Assembly (NCBI RefSeq): GCF_001194135.2
Contig: NC_068983.1
Coordinates: 161,080,773-161,144,772 of the forward strand
DNA from: Octopus bimaculoides
Taxonomy: Eukaryota
Length of the DNA stretch: 64,000 bases
Reading direction: 5' to 3'
The translations under genes were made by a program, and so were the position numbers. Shown here in pieces: positions 25,238 through 39,639 of the stretch. Positions within the stretch are counted from its first letter, which is position 1. Every line of letters starts with the position of its first letter. The notes beneath the pieces are model-generated. The model was not told the DNA's origin. It saw only the letters and a program-made list of their open reading frames with translations, and ran no database searches.

Positions 25238-26639
25238 GACTCTCTCTCTCTCTCTCCCTCTCTCTCTTTCTCTCTCTGCTATATTCTTAAACAAAATTCT
25301 TAAACAAGAATATTATTGAGAACGACTTCGAAGTCACTGTCAATATTCTTGTTTAAAAATAGTAAAAAATTTTTTTGTTAGAAATAATAGATTTGTACTC
25401 TACAAAAGTATAGAGTGACTCATCGGATTAATGCAGAATTGTTTTTATTATAATTGAACCTTAAGGTAACGAGCTGCCAGAGTAGTAACTATACTAAACA
25501 GTAAAGCCAGTCGCCACATCAAAATGGCTATTGAATGTTACTACTAGTTTAACCCCAGGCAGATTCTCCACCAGCTGGTTATCAGTGCGAATACCTATAT
25601 GTATACACACACACATACACACACACAAATATATATACACACACACACGCGTACACATACACACGCACACAAAGAAAACAAGAAAACACATACAGATACA
25701 TAGACATACATTTAAGAGATTAGCTTTTTGTTACCTGAACTAAAGAAAAAACGTTTTAAAATAAAACTTTGAATAGTAATAGGGTAAATCAATTTCTAAG
25801 GAACTAATAAATAAACTTCCCTGTACGTATTGAGTTTTGTTTCTACAATTTTTACAACCAAACATATATTAGCTTATATTTTCTTTACATAAACTTTCAA
25901 AATTGTGTGGCTATATATTAGATACTGTTTCTTCTCGTTTAGATGAAGTTGGGTGGAGAATAATCAACACAAAAGTACGCAAATAAGCAATAAAAAAATT
26001 GGTTAAGTCTCTCCTTGCCTTGATTGACTGTGTATTTGTAGAAGAGACCGGTTGGTTGACTAGTCTTTCTTTATCGAGCGTCTGTCTATTATTATTGGGC
26101 CCCCTTGTCTGCCCTGTTGTCATCATTGTTTGTATTTTCAATAGTGTTGGGCTGGTCTAAGGCGACTGTGGCTCCATGAATATTTCAGATTTTTCATGCT
26201 TTAGTCAAGCTGTCGCTAGCATTTTGCCCATTATTTCACACTGCAACACTTCACAGATACTTGTTGAATTTCTTTTATATTTTAGAAACAAAAAATGCAT
26301 TTTCGTCTTTTAACATCAATTTACCCTGACAAATTGTACCATAGAGAAGAAGAAAGTTTTTTTTTCCTTTCCTTTCGAGCTAACTCGGCAAGAATGTCTA
26401 GCCAACACTTTAACTGTAAAGCAAAGTAATAGGAGCACCGTCTTTGTTTATATTCAACTCTTCAAATGTGTGTGTGTGTGTGTGTGTACATACATACATG
26501 CATATATATACATACATACATACATACATATATACATACATACATACCACGTTTATTCCCAATTGATCTCTAAAAGTAGTTAACTTTTATTGAACAGAAG
26601 GAGTATAATCGTTAAGATAACCTTCAATACCTTATTGGT

Positions 26640-26775
26640 TTCGAGTTTTAGCACAAAGCCAGCAATTTTGGGGAAAGCGATAAGTCGATTACATCAGCCT
26701 CAGTACTCAACTGGTATTTATTTTATCGATCCCGAAAGGATGAAAGGCAAAGTTGATCTTGGTGCAATTTGTAAC
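26640..26775 (-). mobile_element. SINE family A 3' part
   Basis: ttttagcacaaagccagc..ttatcgatcccgaaaggatgaaaggcaaag. Confidence 0.8.
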
Positions 26776-27395
26776 TGAATATAGAATATTCTATCCAGTA
26801 TTATTTCAAATTTTTTGTATCCTTAAATATTTTCTAACTACCATGCTGAAAATATCTTTTCCTTCGACAACTTCAACAATATTGGTTTCAGCATAGTTTA
26901 GCAGCAAGTTAAAAAGGTGTAAGAGTTACATAGGCAGAATGTCGGATTTCGGACTGAAGAGAATATGGTTTCACCATCTTTTTTTTTTTTTTTTTTTTTT
27001 GATTAATACATGAAAACTTTGCCGGTCATTTACCTAAATGAAGAATAGAATGTGTAGAGAAAATACTATTTGTCAATGATAAAGGGCAAAAAGATGACCG
27101 AAATCTTGATAGGCAAATGCTCTTTTACCACACCATATTGATTCGTAGTTTAAGTCTTTCCATTGAAACTACGATTCACAAACTGAGAGTCTAAGATATA
27201 GTTTACGTTTTGTTCTAAGCTTTAAGTCATGTGTTCGTAGGATATTTTTCTGGATCCAAGATAATTTTTCTCCTATCAGTCACAGAAAATTGTAACGCAA
27301 TTTTTTGTCACCAACATCTGAAGTTGCCAATGTATTTTTTTGCAAGCCTGACGGAGTGCTAGTTCTACACACACACACACACACACACGCACACA

Positions 27396-27437
<42 letters not shown>

Positions 27438-27869
27438 NNNNNNNNNNNNNNNNNNNNNNNNNNNNNNNNNNNNNNNNNNNNNNNNNNNNNNNNNNNNNNN
27501 NNNNNNNNNNNNNNNNNNNNNNNNNNNNNNNNNNNNNNNNNNNNNNNNNNNNNNNNNNNNNNNNNNNNNNNNNNNNNNNNNNNNNNNNNNNNNNNNNNNN
27601 NNNNNNNNNNNNNNNNNNNNNNNNNNNNNNNNNNNNNNNNNNNNNNNNNNNNNNNNNNNNNNNNNNNNNNNNNNNNNNNNNNNNNNNNNNNNNNNNNNNN
27701 NNNNNNNNNNNNNNNNNNNNNNNNNNNNNNNNNNNNNNNNNNNNNNNNNNNNNNNNNNNNNNNNNNNNNNNNNNNNNNNNNNNNNNNNNNNNNNNNNNNN
27801 NNNNNNNNNNNNNNNNNNNNNNNNNNNNNNNNNNNNNNNNNNNNNNNNNNNNNNNNNNNNNNNNNNNNN

Positions 27870-27931
<62 letters not shown>

Positions 27932-28975
27932 CACGAAAAACATTACTTTGAAGTTGATAATTACCTTCGCGGCTACCCCAAATCTCTCAATCTTGTATAT
28001 TTGTTTTCTTTGTTGCCAAAACAAACGCATAAAAGCAATAAATTCAGGATAGCAACACGGTGAGCCATAAGCTTCGAACAAATAAATAACCTCTACGGTA
28101 AGTATTGAGTACTTTTTCTGTTGTTTGTACAACGGTATTTACATGTGTATGCGTGTGTGTGTGTGCGTGTGCATGTGTGTGTGTGTTTGTGTGTATGTGT
28201 GTTGGTCATTCAAAATCCCCAGGTAATATGAGAACAGATTATCTCTGGGGTTTTTTCTATTCTTTTACGTTTAAAGGTACGTAGAATATTAAAAAGAATA
28301 GAGTTACAATTTCTAATTTATTTATTCGTGTAAAACATTCATTTTTTTATTTATTCACCTCTTTCTACTGTAACAACCAAGGCTTTCAGACAATACTATC
28401 AATACAGAAATTCCAAAGTATCGAAAGTTACGAGCTGAGAAAGGGAAAGATATGTTCGTGAATTTAACTACAACAAAAGAATATACCTCAGAAAAAGAAT
28501 GAATGGGTAACATAAAGGTAAAGCATTGTTGACAGAAACGAGTCATATATTATATCCACTTAATGAGAATTTCACTGTAAAGAAAAAGCTTTGTAGAGTT
28601 ATTGCTGGCAAAACTGCTGGGAAACCGCAATTATTTGATAAATTTCGAGAAGCTGGTTTCTTTGTATTAAAGCTTAGTGTTGACATTGTTATTTATTGTC
28701 CTATACTTTAATAGAGCGTGAGTAAAGCGGACAAAGTAGTGTCTGGAGCTCCTGAATTATGAGTTCAAATCTGTTTTCCGGTGTTTCATTGTATCAGATT
28801 AGAATACTTCGTTTTATAAATATATATATATTTTTAATTGTCATAGATATGAAGATCATGATTATGTGCCGTAACTTATAACGTTTTTCTTTAATAACAA
28901 TTCTTCTATATCGAAAAAATATATGCATAAAAATGTACTAAACCTTGTATCCTCGAGATATATATACAAAAAATT

Positions 28976-29032
<57 letters not shown>

Positions 29033-29160
29033 TAGTCACAATGAGGATATTTAAACCTCTTATAGGGATATTTTATCCAAGATACACTGGTTTAATATTG
29101 TATATTTTGAAGAGATATTTCTTCAATGAATATATTATATAAAAAATCGTAAAATATCAA

Positions 29161-29655
29161 ACATTATCAAGTTAGAAAATAGAGATCTAATGGATACAAA
29201 TTAATTTATGAATTACTTACTATATTCACCTACAATTGTTTCATTTCACAAACAAAATTAAACTTACAAACATATATAGATATATAATTTTACATTTTAA
29301 ATACCTTGTATGGAAAATCATCAGGGTATACAAAGGACAATAAAGATTACATTACGATACGTTTGGTATACTTAGAATATATCGACATGTTTATTACTAT
29401 AATAATAATATTATTATAATAATATTAAACATGCCTATATATTCTGAGTTTTACACACGTATCCTAATGTAATCTTTATTGAACTTTGTACACCCTAATG
29501 ATTTTCCATACAAGGTATTTAAAATGCTGAATTATATATTTGTATATATTTTGTAATTTTAATTTTGACTTTGAAATGAAACAATTGTAAGTGAATATGT
29601 TAAGTAATTAATAAATTCATTTCTATCCATTAGCTCTCTGTTTTCTAACTCGATA

Positions 29656-29659
<4 letters not shown>
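29161..29659. repeat. ~500-bp foldback (imperfect palindromic) element
   Basis: 29161-29393 is the reverse complement of 29425-29659; ends acattatcaagttagaaaa / ttttctaactcgataatgt; centre ataataatattattat is itself palindromic. Confidence 0.88.
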
Positions 29660-29693
<34 letters not shown>

Positions 29694-30350
29694 GTGTGTG
29701 TGTGTGTGCAATGTGAAGTTCTCTGATCACGTGACAATCCCTAGAAATACGATAACCTATATCTTATAATATTTTCATCACTCAAAATTAACTGAGGGAC
29801 ATTCGCAATTTTGATTTAATATATTTTCGTAAACTTTTGCACAGAATTGTGAAATCTGTTTTAAATTGGTAAACGAAACTATTAGCCAGCCATTTGACAG
29901 AAGCGGATTTCAGTCTCTTTGGAAGCAATAAAAAGTTATTTCAAGACATAAATGACGATTTCTTACATTTTCTGGGTTATGGTTACTTTGATTCTCTTAC
30001 ATTTTTTTGTCACCACTATTTAAGACGATATGGACCTTAATCTTTCCCCATGGCTGGTTAATTTCACCGTTGACCCCGCTTTTTTTTTTAACCATAGATG
30101 GATGCTAACTTCCCTCCGCCTATTAAAGCATTTCTTTCTCACAAAACATATCTGACAGCAGATTATTCTGAAACTTGGGTCTCGCCTGTTCCTTATCGCT
30201 TCCCCACAAGTCCGTAAAATATAAAATTAAAACCTTTGCAGATAATATAAGCGACACACAGATGATTTACGATTATTACATAGAGACGTAAATTGCTAAA
30301 TATATTCGTCTGTTGAACAGATTCCTGTTAAGATTACAAAAATTGCCCAT

Positions 30351-30396
<46 letters not shown>

Positions 30397-32104
30397 NNNN
30401 NNNNNNTGTGTGTGTGTGTGTGTGTGAATTCATTGAGATATTTTTCATTCATCTTTTCGTTAAGGAAGAAAAATGGAAACCGTAACTCTTTACATCTATC
30501 CAAATATCAGTTCTTTAGTTCGTGTGTATATTATTCGTTTATGTAGACAAAGACATAATAAATGATATCAAAACAAAATATATTCAAGACATGTAGTAAA
30601 AGGAAAATCGTTGTTTTCAGTAGAATGGTAGTAGATGGTAGAAGTGGTTGTGTGACTTTTAAGATACATTATAAGTTTCAAGCAAACGGAGGTTTTCATC
30701 CTTCCTAGGTTTATAAAATATGCATCAAGTACAGATATTGTTAATCGATTGTTCTCTAATAAACGTCTGCTAAGCATTTCCTCCTAAACATCTTCTATCG
30801 GTGTTAGAATTATTATTCTCAGCTGTAACCGCCCCATATGTTTTTAGCAGTATGTAGGATTTCAAAGCGGTATGTAGGACAATTATGATCGAGTGGGGGA
30901 AGTCTTTAGGGCTTCATAACCGAATGTGATACGTCCCTTGTAAAAGACAGTGTGGCGTGCTATGAGGGTGATGTAGCTGTTATTTGCAATAGATCGAGCA
31001 TATATGAGGAGGATCCTTTGTTAAATTGGCTGGTACTTAATTTATCTACACCAGTGTGGTGTTATGACTGTCACAATCATCGCCAGTGGTATAACCTGAG
31101 GATAATAACGAATGCTATTAAACATTGTCAGTAAGTGTTATGTCAGTAAATGCTGTTCATATTTCGGCAAGGAATTATACCGGAAAAATACGAGTGAAGG
31201 GTTCGTTTCTGTTGAGTTTAGAACATAATATTATATTAGTAAATACAGTTATAAGGTTCGTTTCCCGTCCATAGCATACCTCCGCTTATGTTGGTAATTG
31301 ATTCCAAGATATGCGACTTAACTCAGAAAATGGCGTAATACGAAAAAAACATTTTGAAAAAAAAAAAATCATTATCTTGTATTTGTTTTAATAAATGGTT
31401 TGCACATTTTTCACATGTATTTTATATGATTTTTCCACTTGAGTATTGTTTTTAGAAATTTTGCAGAGATACGCTTTCGAGGGTTTGCTTTACGATTAAG
31501 CAAAGAAAACAAAGAAAATCTNNNNNNNNNNNNNNNNNNNNNNNNNNNNNNNNNNNNNNNNNNNNNNNNNNNNNNNNNNNNNNNNNNNNNNNNNNNNNNN
31601 NNNNNNNNNNNNNNNNNNNNNNNNNNNNNNNNNNNNNNNNNNNNNNNNNNNNNNNNNNNNNNNNNNNNNNNNNNNNNNNNNNNNNNNNNNNNNNNNNNNN
31701 NNNNNNNNNNNNNNNNNNNNNNNNNNNNNNNNNNNNNNNNNNNNNNNNNNNNNNNNNNNNNNNNNNNNNNNNNNNNNNNNNNNNNNNNNNNNNNNNNNNN
31801 NNNNNNNNNNNNNNNNNNNNNNNNNNNNNNNNNNNNNNNNNNNNNNNNNNNNNNNNNNNNNNNNNNNNNNNNNNNNNNNNNNNNNNNNNNNNNNNNNNNN
31901 NNNNNNNNNNNNNNNNNNNNNNNNNNNNNNNNNNNNNNNNNNNNNNNNNNNNNNNNNNNNNNNNNNNNNNNNNNNNNNNNNNNNNNNNNNNNNNNNNNNN
32001 NNNNNNNNNNGCTACTGCCAATATGCTTCAGCCATTTTTTGACAAGGAAATAATAATTTTATCACCACCGCGAATCGTTTGTTTACGTAGTCAGCACTTA
32101 ATTT

Positions 32105-32302
32105 TTACGGCTGAATGGACGTCAGTCATTGGTTGAAATTACAGAAATACGACAACTTTAACATGAAATAACTTGCGATGTACGTTTTTTTGTTAAGAAG
32201 ACTAAGAGAAAAAGATGTTTTATATGACACATTCTACCAGTGTCCCAAGTTTCAAAGTGTTTCGTTAAGAAAATACTGGTGCCCCCGTTTTGAACAAGAT
32301 CC
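32105..32302 (+). mobile_element. GG..CC MITE right arm, subfamily 2
   Basis: Matches 21485-21688; ends ggtgcccccgttttgaacaagatcc. Confidence 0.88.
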
Positions 32303-32521
32303 GAATAATTTCTTTTTCTTTTGTTGCTTTTTCAGATTTCTACGTTTGAGAATGTATTCAGCAAAATGCTATCTAAAAATTGTAAAAGAATTACGAGGAA
32401 CCAAGTTTGCGAGAGTATAGATTGATCCGAAAACAAAATCCATCTCTTTTTTAAAGAATTTTCATTTATAGAATCGCAGTCTACTTCAGCGAAAATATAT
32501 CTCAAAATAATCTTTTCTACT

Positions 32522-32722
32522 CTAGGCACAAGGCCCAAAATTTTGGATGAGGGGACCAGTCGATTAAATCGAAACCAGTACGCAACTGGCACTTAATTTA
32601 TCGACCCCGAAAGGATAAAAGGCAAAGTCGACCTCAGCGGAATTTGATATCAGTACGTAAAAAGAGACGAAATACTGCTAAGCATTTCGCCCGGCATGCT
32701 AACGTTTCTGCCAGCTCGCCGC
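32522..32722 (-). mobile_element. SINE family A
   Basis: Full head-to-tail match. Confidence 0.88.
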
Positions 32723-33544
32723 TTTATATCTCTCAAAATAATGTATTTTTAAGAAAGTTAGTATGAAACAAAGTGGGAGGAGTACCAAGCTGTAGCTATG
32801 TCAAACCTTCAAAGCTGTAAAAAAGTTACATTACATTTTATTTGCCATTGTAATATTTTTCTGTGAAATAATATGTGTAAAGTCTTTATGAAAGAAAGTT
32901 ATTAATGGTTTCTCCCATTGTTTTAAATAAATGTTGTTCTCTATCATTAATAAAACTATTGTCGTTTTTGACGATACAGGAATGTTGGTTATTATCATAA
33001 TTATTAAGCTGTTTTGTGGAAAATTCGAAATAGCACTCTACAAGATACAGTTTTTTGTTACTTTCCCTTTTTATTATTTTTAAAATTCCAATTTCATTGA
33101 GTTTAACGCTGCTCTTTTATCCGCTTTAATAGGTATCATAGTTACTAACCAACGGGGAGTCAATATAATGGATGATTCTATCTCAAAATTACATAACTTT
33201 TTAACCATTTCAGTAAATGATAAATAAACAGAGCCTTTATATGTACCATCATTCTCTCATGTAACTCTTCCTGCAAGTAAAATTCAATACACGATTGGAA
33301 GTCAACGGTAGTCGGCCATTCGCTCACTAAAATACAAACGAAGAACTGAAAATGGTAGTGAAGTACGTATGACGTTTAATGCATTGTGTTTGCTTGGTGT
33401 ATTTCCGTAGTCGAATTTCCAATAAAATAATCAATCGGAAAATAATTAGGATTCATATTCTTTTCATTTTGCTCTAAGCCTTCTCTGACCAAGCAGAACC
33501 TTAATCAGTTATGTTCATGCCAGTATTATCTGCTTCGCATTTGT

Positions 33545-33597
<53 letters not shown>

Positions 33598-34093
33598 AAT
33601 GGTGTAGAGAAAAATGAAAATACTGATATCTTTCTTCCTTTCTTTATGACAATGAAAAGCGATTTTGTTTATTNNNNNNNNNNNNNNNNNNNNNNNNNNN
33701 NNNNNNNNNNNNNNNNNNNNNNNNNNNNNNNNNNNNNNNNNNNNNNNNNNNNNNNNNNNNNNNNNNNNNNNNNNNNNNNNNNNNNNNNNNNNNNNNNNNN
33801 NNNNNNNNNNNNNNNNNNNNNNNNNNNNNNNNNNNNNNNNNNNNNNNNNNNNNNNNNNNNNNNNNNNNNNNNNNNNNNNNNNNNNNNNNNNNNNNNNNNN
33901 NNNNNNNNNNNNNNNNNNNNNNNNNNNNNNNNNNNNNNNNNNNNNNNNNNNNNNNNNNNNNNNNNNNNNNNNNNNNNNNNNNNNNNNNNNNNNNNNNNNN
34001 NNNNNNNNNNNNNNNNNNNNNNNNNNNNNNNNNNNNNNNNNNNNNNNNNNNNNNNNNNNNNNNNNNNNNNNNNNNNNNNNNNNNNNNNNNNNN

Positions 34094-34160
<67 letters not shown>

Positions 34161-34529
34161 TACATACAAACACACAAACACGCACATGCACTTATTTGTT
34201 TACTTTACGAAACAAAATACAATACAGAAATGCATTTAGAATTACGTCATTATGTGACATGAAACGTAGAATTTAATGAGAGCTAAGATACGTAAATCTC
34301 TGAATCAGATACTCTTCGATAAATATACATTAGCATAAATACGAATTCACATACGCATGCACACACAAACTCAGATATATGAATATATATATAAATATTC
34401 GTCTTTCTTACGTACATAAATGTAAGATTAAGTATTTATGCATATCTTCGTCTAGTTAACTCAGTGATGTCTGTGTGTGTATGTGCGTGCATACACACAC
34501 ATATATACACAGAGATACATGCATTCATA

Positions 34530-35705
34530 CATCTTTTTTTATCTTTTTTATCTTTTTATCTTTACTGCATCCAGGGATTTTTCTAGTCTTGCTTCTGGTG
34601 AAGTAGCGAGTTGAACGTTGCCCCTCTTCGTTGTGCTTCCTGAAGGACCTAACGATCTAACCTGCCACCCGCCTGCATAGTGTTGCCGTCTGAGCAATGT
34701 GCACATGGAAAGTTGCGTAGTTGCTCATGCGGATTCCCAGGTCACCCACCGACTCTAACACTGGGATTACATTGTCTGCTGGTTCCGTGTACTTCAGCTG
34801 TATTTTGTTTTCAAGCGGAGTGCTTGAAATTTTGCGCCATTGAACTGCATCAGCCCATTTATATATTGCGTTCAAGTCATTCTGCAGTCTTAGGATGTCA
34901 GTAGGGTCCTTGACTGCCTGCGATACTTTTGTATCCTCAGCGTAGCTGGTGAGTGTGGCTGACTCCGTGGTTGAGGGTATGTCGGAGAGAGCAACCACAA
35001 ACAGTAGTGGTCCCAGCACTGTTCCCTGGGGGACTCCACTGAGGATTAGTGTCACTTCAGAGAGAGAGAGAGAGAGCACCATTTGCTGTGACAGCCTGAA
35101 CTCTGCCCTTCAAGAAATCATGCAGCCACTCTCCCAGTCTACCAGCGATACCGAAGTCACGCAATTTGTGACATATCGACTTTGTCAAAGGCCTTGGCAA
35201 AGTCATGATATATCACATCAACATTTGAATGGCTGAGCTGTTGTTTTAGTACCAGTCGAAGTGCTGTAGTAGCTGTGTTAGATAGTTCCTTCCAGGACGG
35301 AAACCATGTTGTGTGTCTGTAAGCGAGTCATTTTACTCTAGGGACGTGGTCAGTCTTTTTCTGACAATGCGTTCCATGATCTTGCTGACATGTGAGGTCA
35401 GAGAGATAAGTCTGTAGTTTATAGCATCTGCTCTGCTTCCTCCTTTGTGGACAGGGCAAATTATTCCTTCTTTTAACGTTTGAGGAACTCAAGTGAACTC
35501 TGGAAAAACATTTGCAATGGTTTTGCAAGAGCTTTCTTGCATGTTTTTAACAGAATTTCTGTGCAGAGTTTGGATTTATCTCATCAATGGCCAACAATAC
35601 ATCCTCTTCTGTAATTTCAATGTAATTGATAATCACTTTTCTGTCTTGTAGGTTAGAGGTGTTGAAGAACTCATCAGGTCTACTTATTTTCATGTTTTCT
35701 ATATA
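34530..35705 (-). mobile_element. CR1/Jockey-group LINE RT fragment with deletions and an (AAAAGAT)n-like tail
   Basis: ICPVHKGGSRADAINYRLISLTSHVSKIMERIV; QHGFRPGR; DVIYHDFAKAFDKVD; SGVPQGTVLGPLLFV; SYAEDTKV (YADD mutated); DLGIRMS..FHVHI. Confidence 0.92.
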
Positions 35706-35835
35706 AATGTGTGTGTGTGTAGTGTGTGTGTGTATATATATATATATACATGTGTATCTTTTATATATGCATACATATGTGTGTATGTATACATACACAC
35801 ACACACACACAAAGATACATATCTCTATATATATT

Positions 35836-35876
<41 letters not shown>

Positions 35877-36108
35877 CAGGAAAGGTTTGCTCGTATATAT
35901 TCTCACGGTGAAGAATACAATCATAATGTTTTACTTGCATCGTACTTTTCACAGAATATTTTTTTGTCAGTTTTTCGTCTTCTAAATACTCGCAGTGCAA
36001 GTGTAACCTCATTTTGTAAAGATGGCGTGTCAGGAGTATAACCATTCATATATAGCTATTTGTGCGTATGTGCGTATGTGCGTTTGTGTGTGTCTGTATT
36101 CACACATA

Positions 36109-36149
<41 letters not shown>

Positions 36150-36458
36150 AACTAGCATTACCCAATTCTCTAAAATATTATATAGCAAACCAATTTCAAC
36201 ATTCAATTTCAATTATAATAAATATATATATTTAAACACATAATATACAAGAGTTGATACAATAAAGATCATAAATAAAAAATATACATATAACACTACT
36301 TATATAAAATAATCGTGATACTTTAAAAACTATTAACATATCAACAATTAATAATAAATAACGTTTATACTATGTGTGTGTCTGTGCGGTGTGTTTCTGC
36401 GGTGTTGTTTATGGATTTATGAAGCTTTAAGTATATCACTTTGATCTACTTAACCGAT

Positions 36459-36541
<83 letters not shown>

Positions 36542-36739
36542 CTCTGGACGCGATACAAATTTCCTCTTGGTAAGTCCCAAGTCATAATGTATTGTTGTGG
36601 CTGTTTGGTTAAGCCGTTCGATTTAAAACCATGAGGCCATGGGTTCGAGTACACAAGGCACCTTGGCCTAAGAAGGCACTAAAGCCTAAGATCGATCTAT
36701 ACCATTTGGCAGAGAGGAGGCAGTGCAGAAGTCTGTTAT

Positions 36740-36772
<33 letters not shown>

Positions 36773-37542
36773 TACATACACATACACATACAAAATGGAT
36801 GGGAGACAATGATGAGTGAATTCAAAGTCAAAATATCGGGATGCGTCGAACGGGAATATTAACTTCTGTATGGTTTAACCAAGTTGACTTCTCCCTCTGC
36901 AGTCGTGGTCGATAAATAAATACTCAATAAAGTACATTGTGTGAATGTGAAAAAGTCAACCAAAACCAGCATGGCTTCCAGACTAATGGCTGAACTAATA
37001 AACTAAAAGCAAAGGGGAACTATTATGTTAGAACTTCGATGACCATCACAAGACTTAGCTTCATAATTAATTACCGTGACAGGAGTTTCAAGTTGAAAGC
37101 AAAAGCAATATTGTTGGCCTTCGCACCTTATTAAAACTCTGCTGTTAATGTTGGTTCTATGTAACTAAACCCAAAGTTAGTTATGGAAAATGTGATATAT
37201 CTTACCTTGGACACTCGACTCATTGATGAAGCCATAGCGATACCATCATGATTTAGGGCATATCTTGGATATTTTAAGACCTGGTGCAGCCCACCCATCC
37301 GCCATCCAGATAAAGAGACAGACAAATTACCAGCACGAGAAAGAGTTTATACTTCATTTATCGACCCCTAAAAGATGAAAGGCAAAGCTGACTTCAGCAG
37401 AGTTTAAATTCAGATTGCCAAGAGCCGGAACGATTACTGCAAAAACTCTATCCAACATTTTTATGACTTAGCAGATTGACCATCCAGATGAACATATATA
37501 GCAGGTTGAATTGATCTGATAATGTTATTAATACTTATTTTG

Positions 37543-37685
37543 TAAGGCGTCGGGCTAGCAGAATCATTACCGCATCGGCTAAAATGCTTAGCGGCATTTC
37601 GTCTGTCTTTACGCACTGAGTTCAAACTCCGTCGAGTTTGACTTTGGTTTTTATCGCTTTAAGGATGTATAAAATAAGTACCACT
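37543..37685 (+). mobile_element. SINE family A, old (another fragment on the minus strand at 37350-37450)
   Basis: ggcgtcgggctagcagaatc..aaaatgcttagcggcatttcgtctg. Confidence 0.78.
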
Positions 37686-38605
37686 GATATAATAATACGC
37701 CGTAAGATATTTTCACACAGTTATGATTTAACTACACATTTTCACACAGTTATGATTTAGCTACATTCTTCAAGCAGTAAAACCCTACCACGAAGAATTG
37801 CTTTACATAACCTCACCAGCGCTCACCAATCTTTAGAACTCTCTCTCTCTCCCTCTCTCTTCTCTATTTATAATATTTCTTTTTATTTTACTGAACTAAA
37901 GCTTGTAAACAAGATTGATAAAAGCATACCATGAGAACGACCAATTATCCAAAACGAAGAAAATAAGTTATCCTGTACATCACTATGTGGTTACTTCCGC
38001 ACTAAATTCACTGATAGCTTTAAGGTTTAGAGTTAAATGTTATTATATACATAACACATGTTTAATGCTATGTGTTTTTTTTTTATTACATTATTCAACA
38101 TTAGTAGCCAACTTTTTTTTTATTAATTTTATCGCCCCTTAAAAATGAAAAGTAGGCAGTGAATTAATATATCATGCTGTATTTGTGAGGCTTAATGTCT
38201 TAACTGAAGACTTGACATAATCTCATTTTCAATCGGCACCACAACCATTAAATTGGAAAAAGAAAAGAAAAAAAAATCATCTGTAAACGTGGGCTGAAAT
38301 TTTGAAACCTAGAGCTAAATATTTATCTAATTAGGCAAGTTATACAAACATTCTTCTTAATGACACCAAACTTACAATATTCTTTAATTTCAATGTCGCC
38401 GCTGTAAGAGACCAATAAATCCAACCCCTATCGGCTGAGTCGCCACTATCAAACTACCACACCCACTCCACCAACAGTGACTAAAAGAAAAAGACCCTAC
38501 ATACTCTCTAGACCTGCTAGAAGTAGTAAGCAAATCTCTTTCAAATGGCATTGTACTAGAAAGGATAACACATTAGATAATGTAGTCTTAGATAATGTAG
38601 TCTTA

Positions 38606-38989
38606 TTTGTTGTTGGCACTCAGTCGCTTACGACGTCGAGGGTTCCAGTTGATCCGATCAACGGAACAGCCTGCTCGTGAAATTAACGTGCAAGTGGCTG
38701 AGCACTCCACAGACACGTGTACCCTTAACGTAGTTCTCGGGGATATTCAGCATGACAGTGTGACAAGGCTGGCCCTTTGAAATACAAGCACAACAGAAAC
38801 AGGAAGAAAGAGTGCGAGAAAGTTGTGGTGGAAGAGTACAGCAGGGTTCGCCACCATCCCCTGCCGGAGCCTCGTAGAGCTTTAGGTGTTTTCGCTCAAT
38901 AAACACTCACAACGCCCGGTCTGGGAATCGAAACCGCGATCCTATGACCGTGACTCCGCTGCCCTAACCACTGGGCCATTGCGCTTCCG
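38606..38989 (-). mobile_element. tRNA-derived SINE family C, full length with 11-bp TSD
   Basis: A box tggcccagtgg, B box gtttcgattccc, (CAA)n tail; TSD atgtagtctta at 38595-38605 and 38990-39000. Confidence 0.93.
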
Positions 38990-39513
38990 ATGTAGTCTTA
39001 GATATAACTGAAAAAAAAAAATACATTTCGATCGTGTTTATTCGATCAATACTGACCTGGAGCAACAAGATACTAAAATAATTCGAAGTAAACCTATGTG
39101 GTTATATTTTTCTACTGCCCTATGTAGCTACCAAATCTTCCTCAACAAATATCTCACAATTTTTAAATTAACAGTCCTAGAATTTAAGATACATAAATTT
39201 TGGGACATCTTGGGATGATCACTATGAGAAATAACTGAATAAATGTTTCTTTCTGATCACTGCTGAACAGAATCATCGATCATTATGGCATGTTTATCAT
39301 GTCATATGGCATTACTTCCTAACACTGGTTTAAGGTCTCTACTAGGAAGAACAAACACTAACAGACTGTGGTGATGGTGGTGGAGGAGAAGGCGGTGAAG
39401 TGAAAGGTATTGATGGTGGTGTTAACATAAGTCTGAATGGTGTGTATATGGCAGCTGTGGTGGCGATAGTGGTGGTACTGGTGATGGTGATGGTTGAAAA
39501 CAATCAACAAGAG

Positions 39514-39582
<69 letters not shown>

Positions 39583-39639
39583 TAAGAAAGTAAGAAAGAA
39601 AGAAAGAAAGATTAGACAAAACAAAATTGACAAAAAATG

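Noticed and set aside
22650-31000. Identical peptide VICNRSSI in ORFs 22489-22695 and 30952-31134 with different codons
   Set aside because: There is no similarity beyond 8 residues, and a match of this length is roughly expected by chance among all six-frame pairs in 64 kb.
31170-31350. Possible pogo/Tigger-type MITE ends (ccggaaaaatacg; tgcgacttaactc)
   Set aside because: Too degenerate to define TIRs or a TA TSD.
38900-38989. tRNA genes
   Set aside because: The A/B-box sequences run into SINE bodies and I cannot fold a full cloverleaf with an acceptor stem; they are SINE heads.
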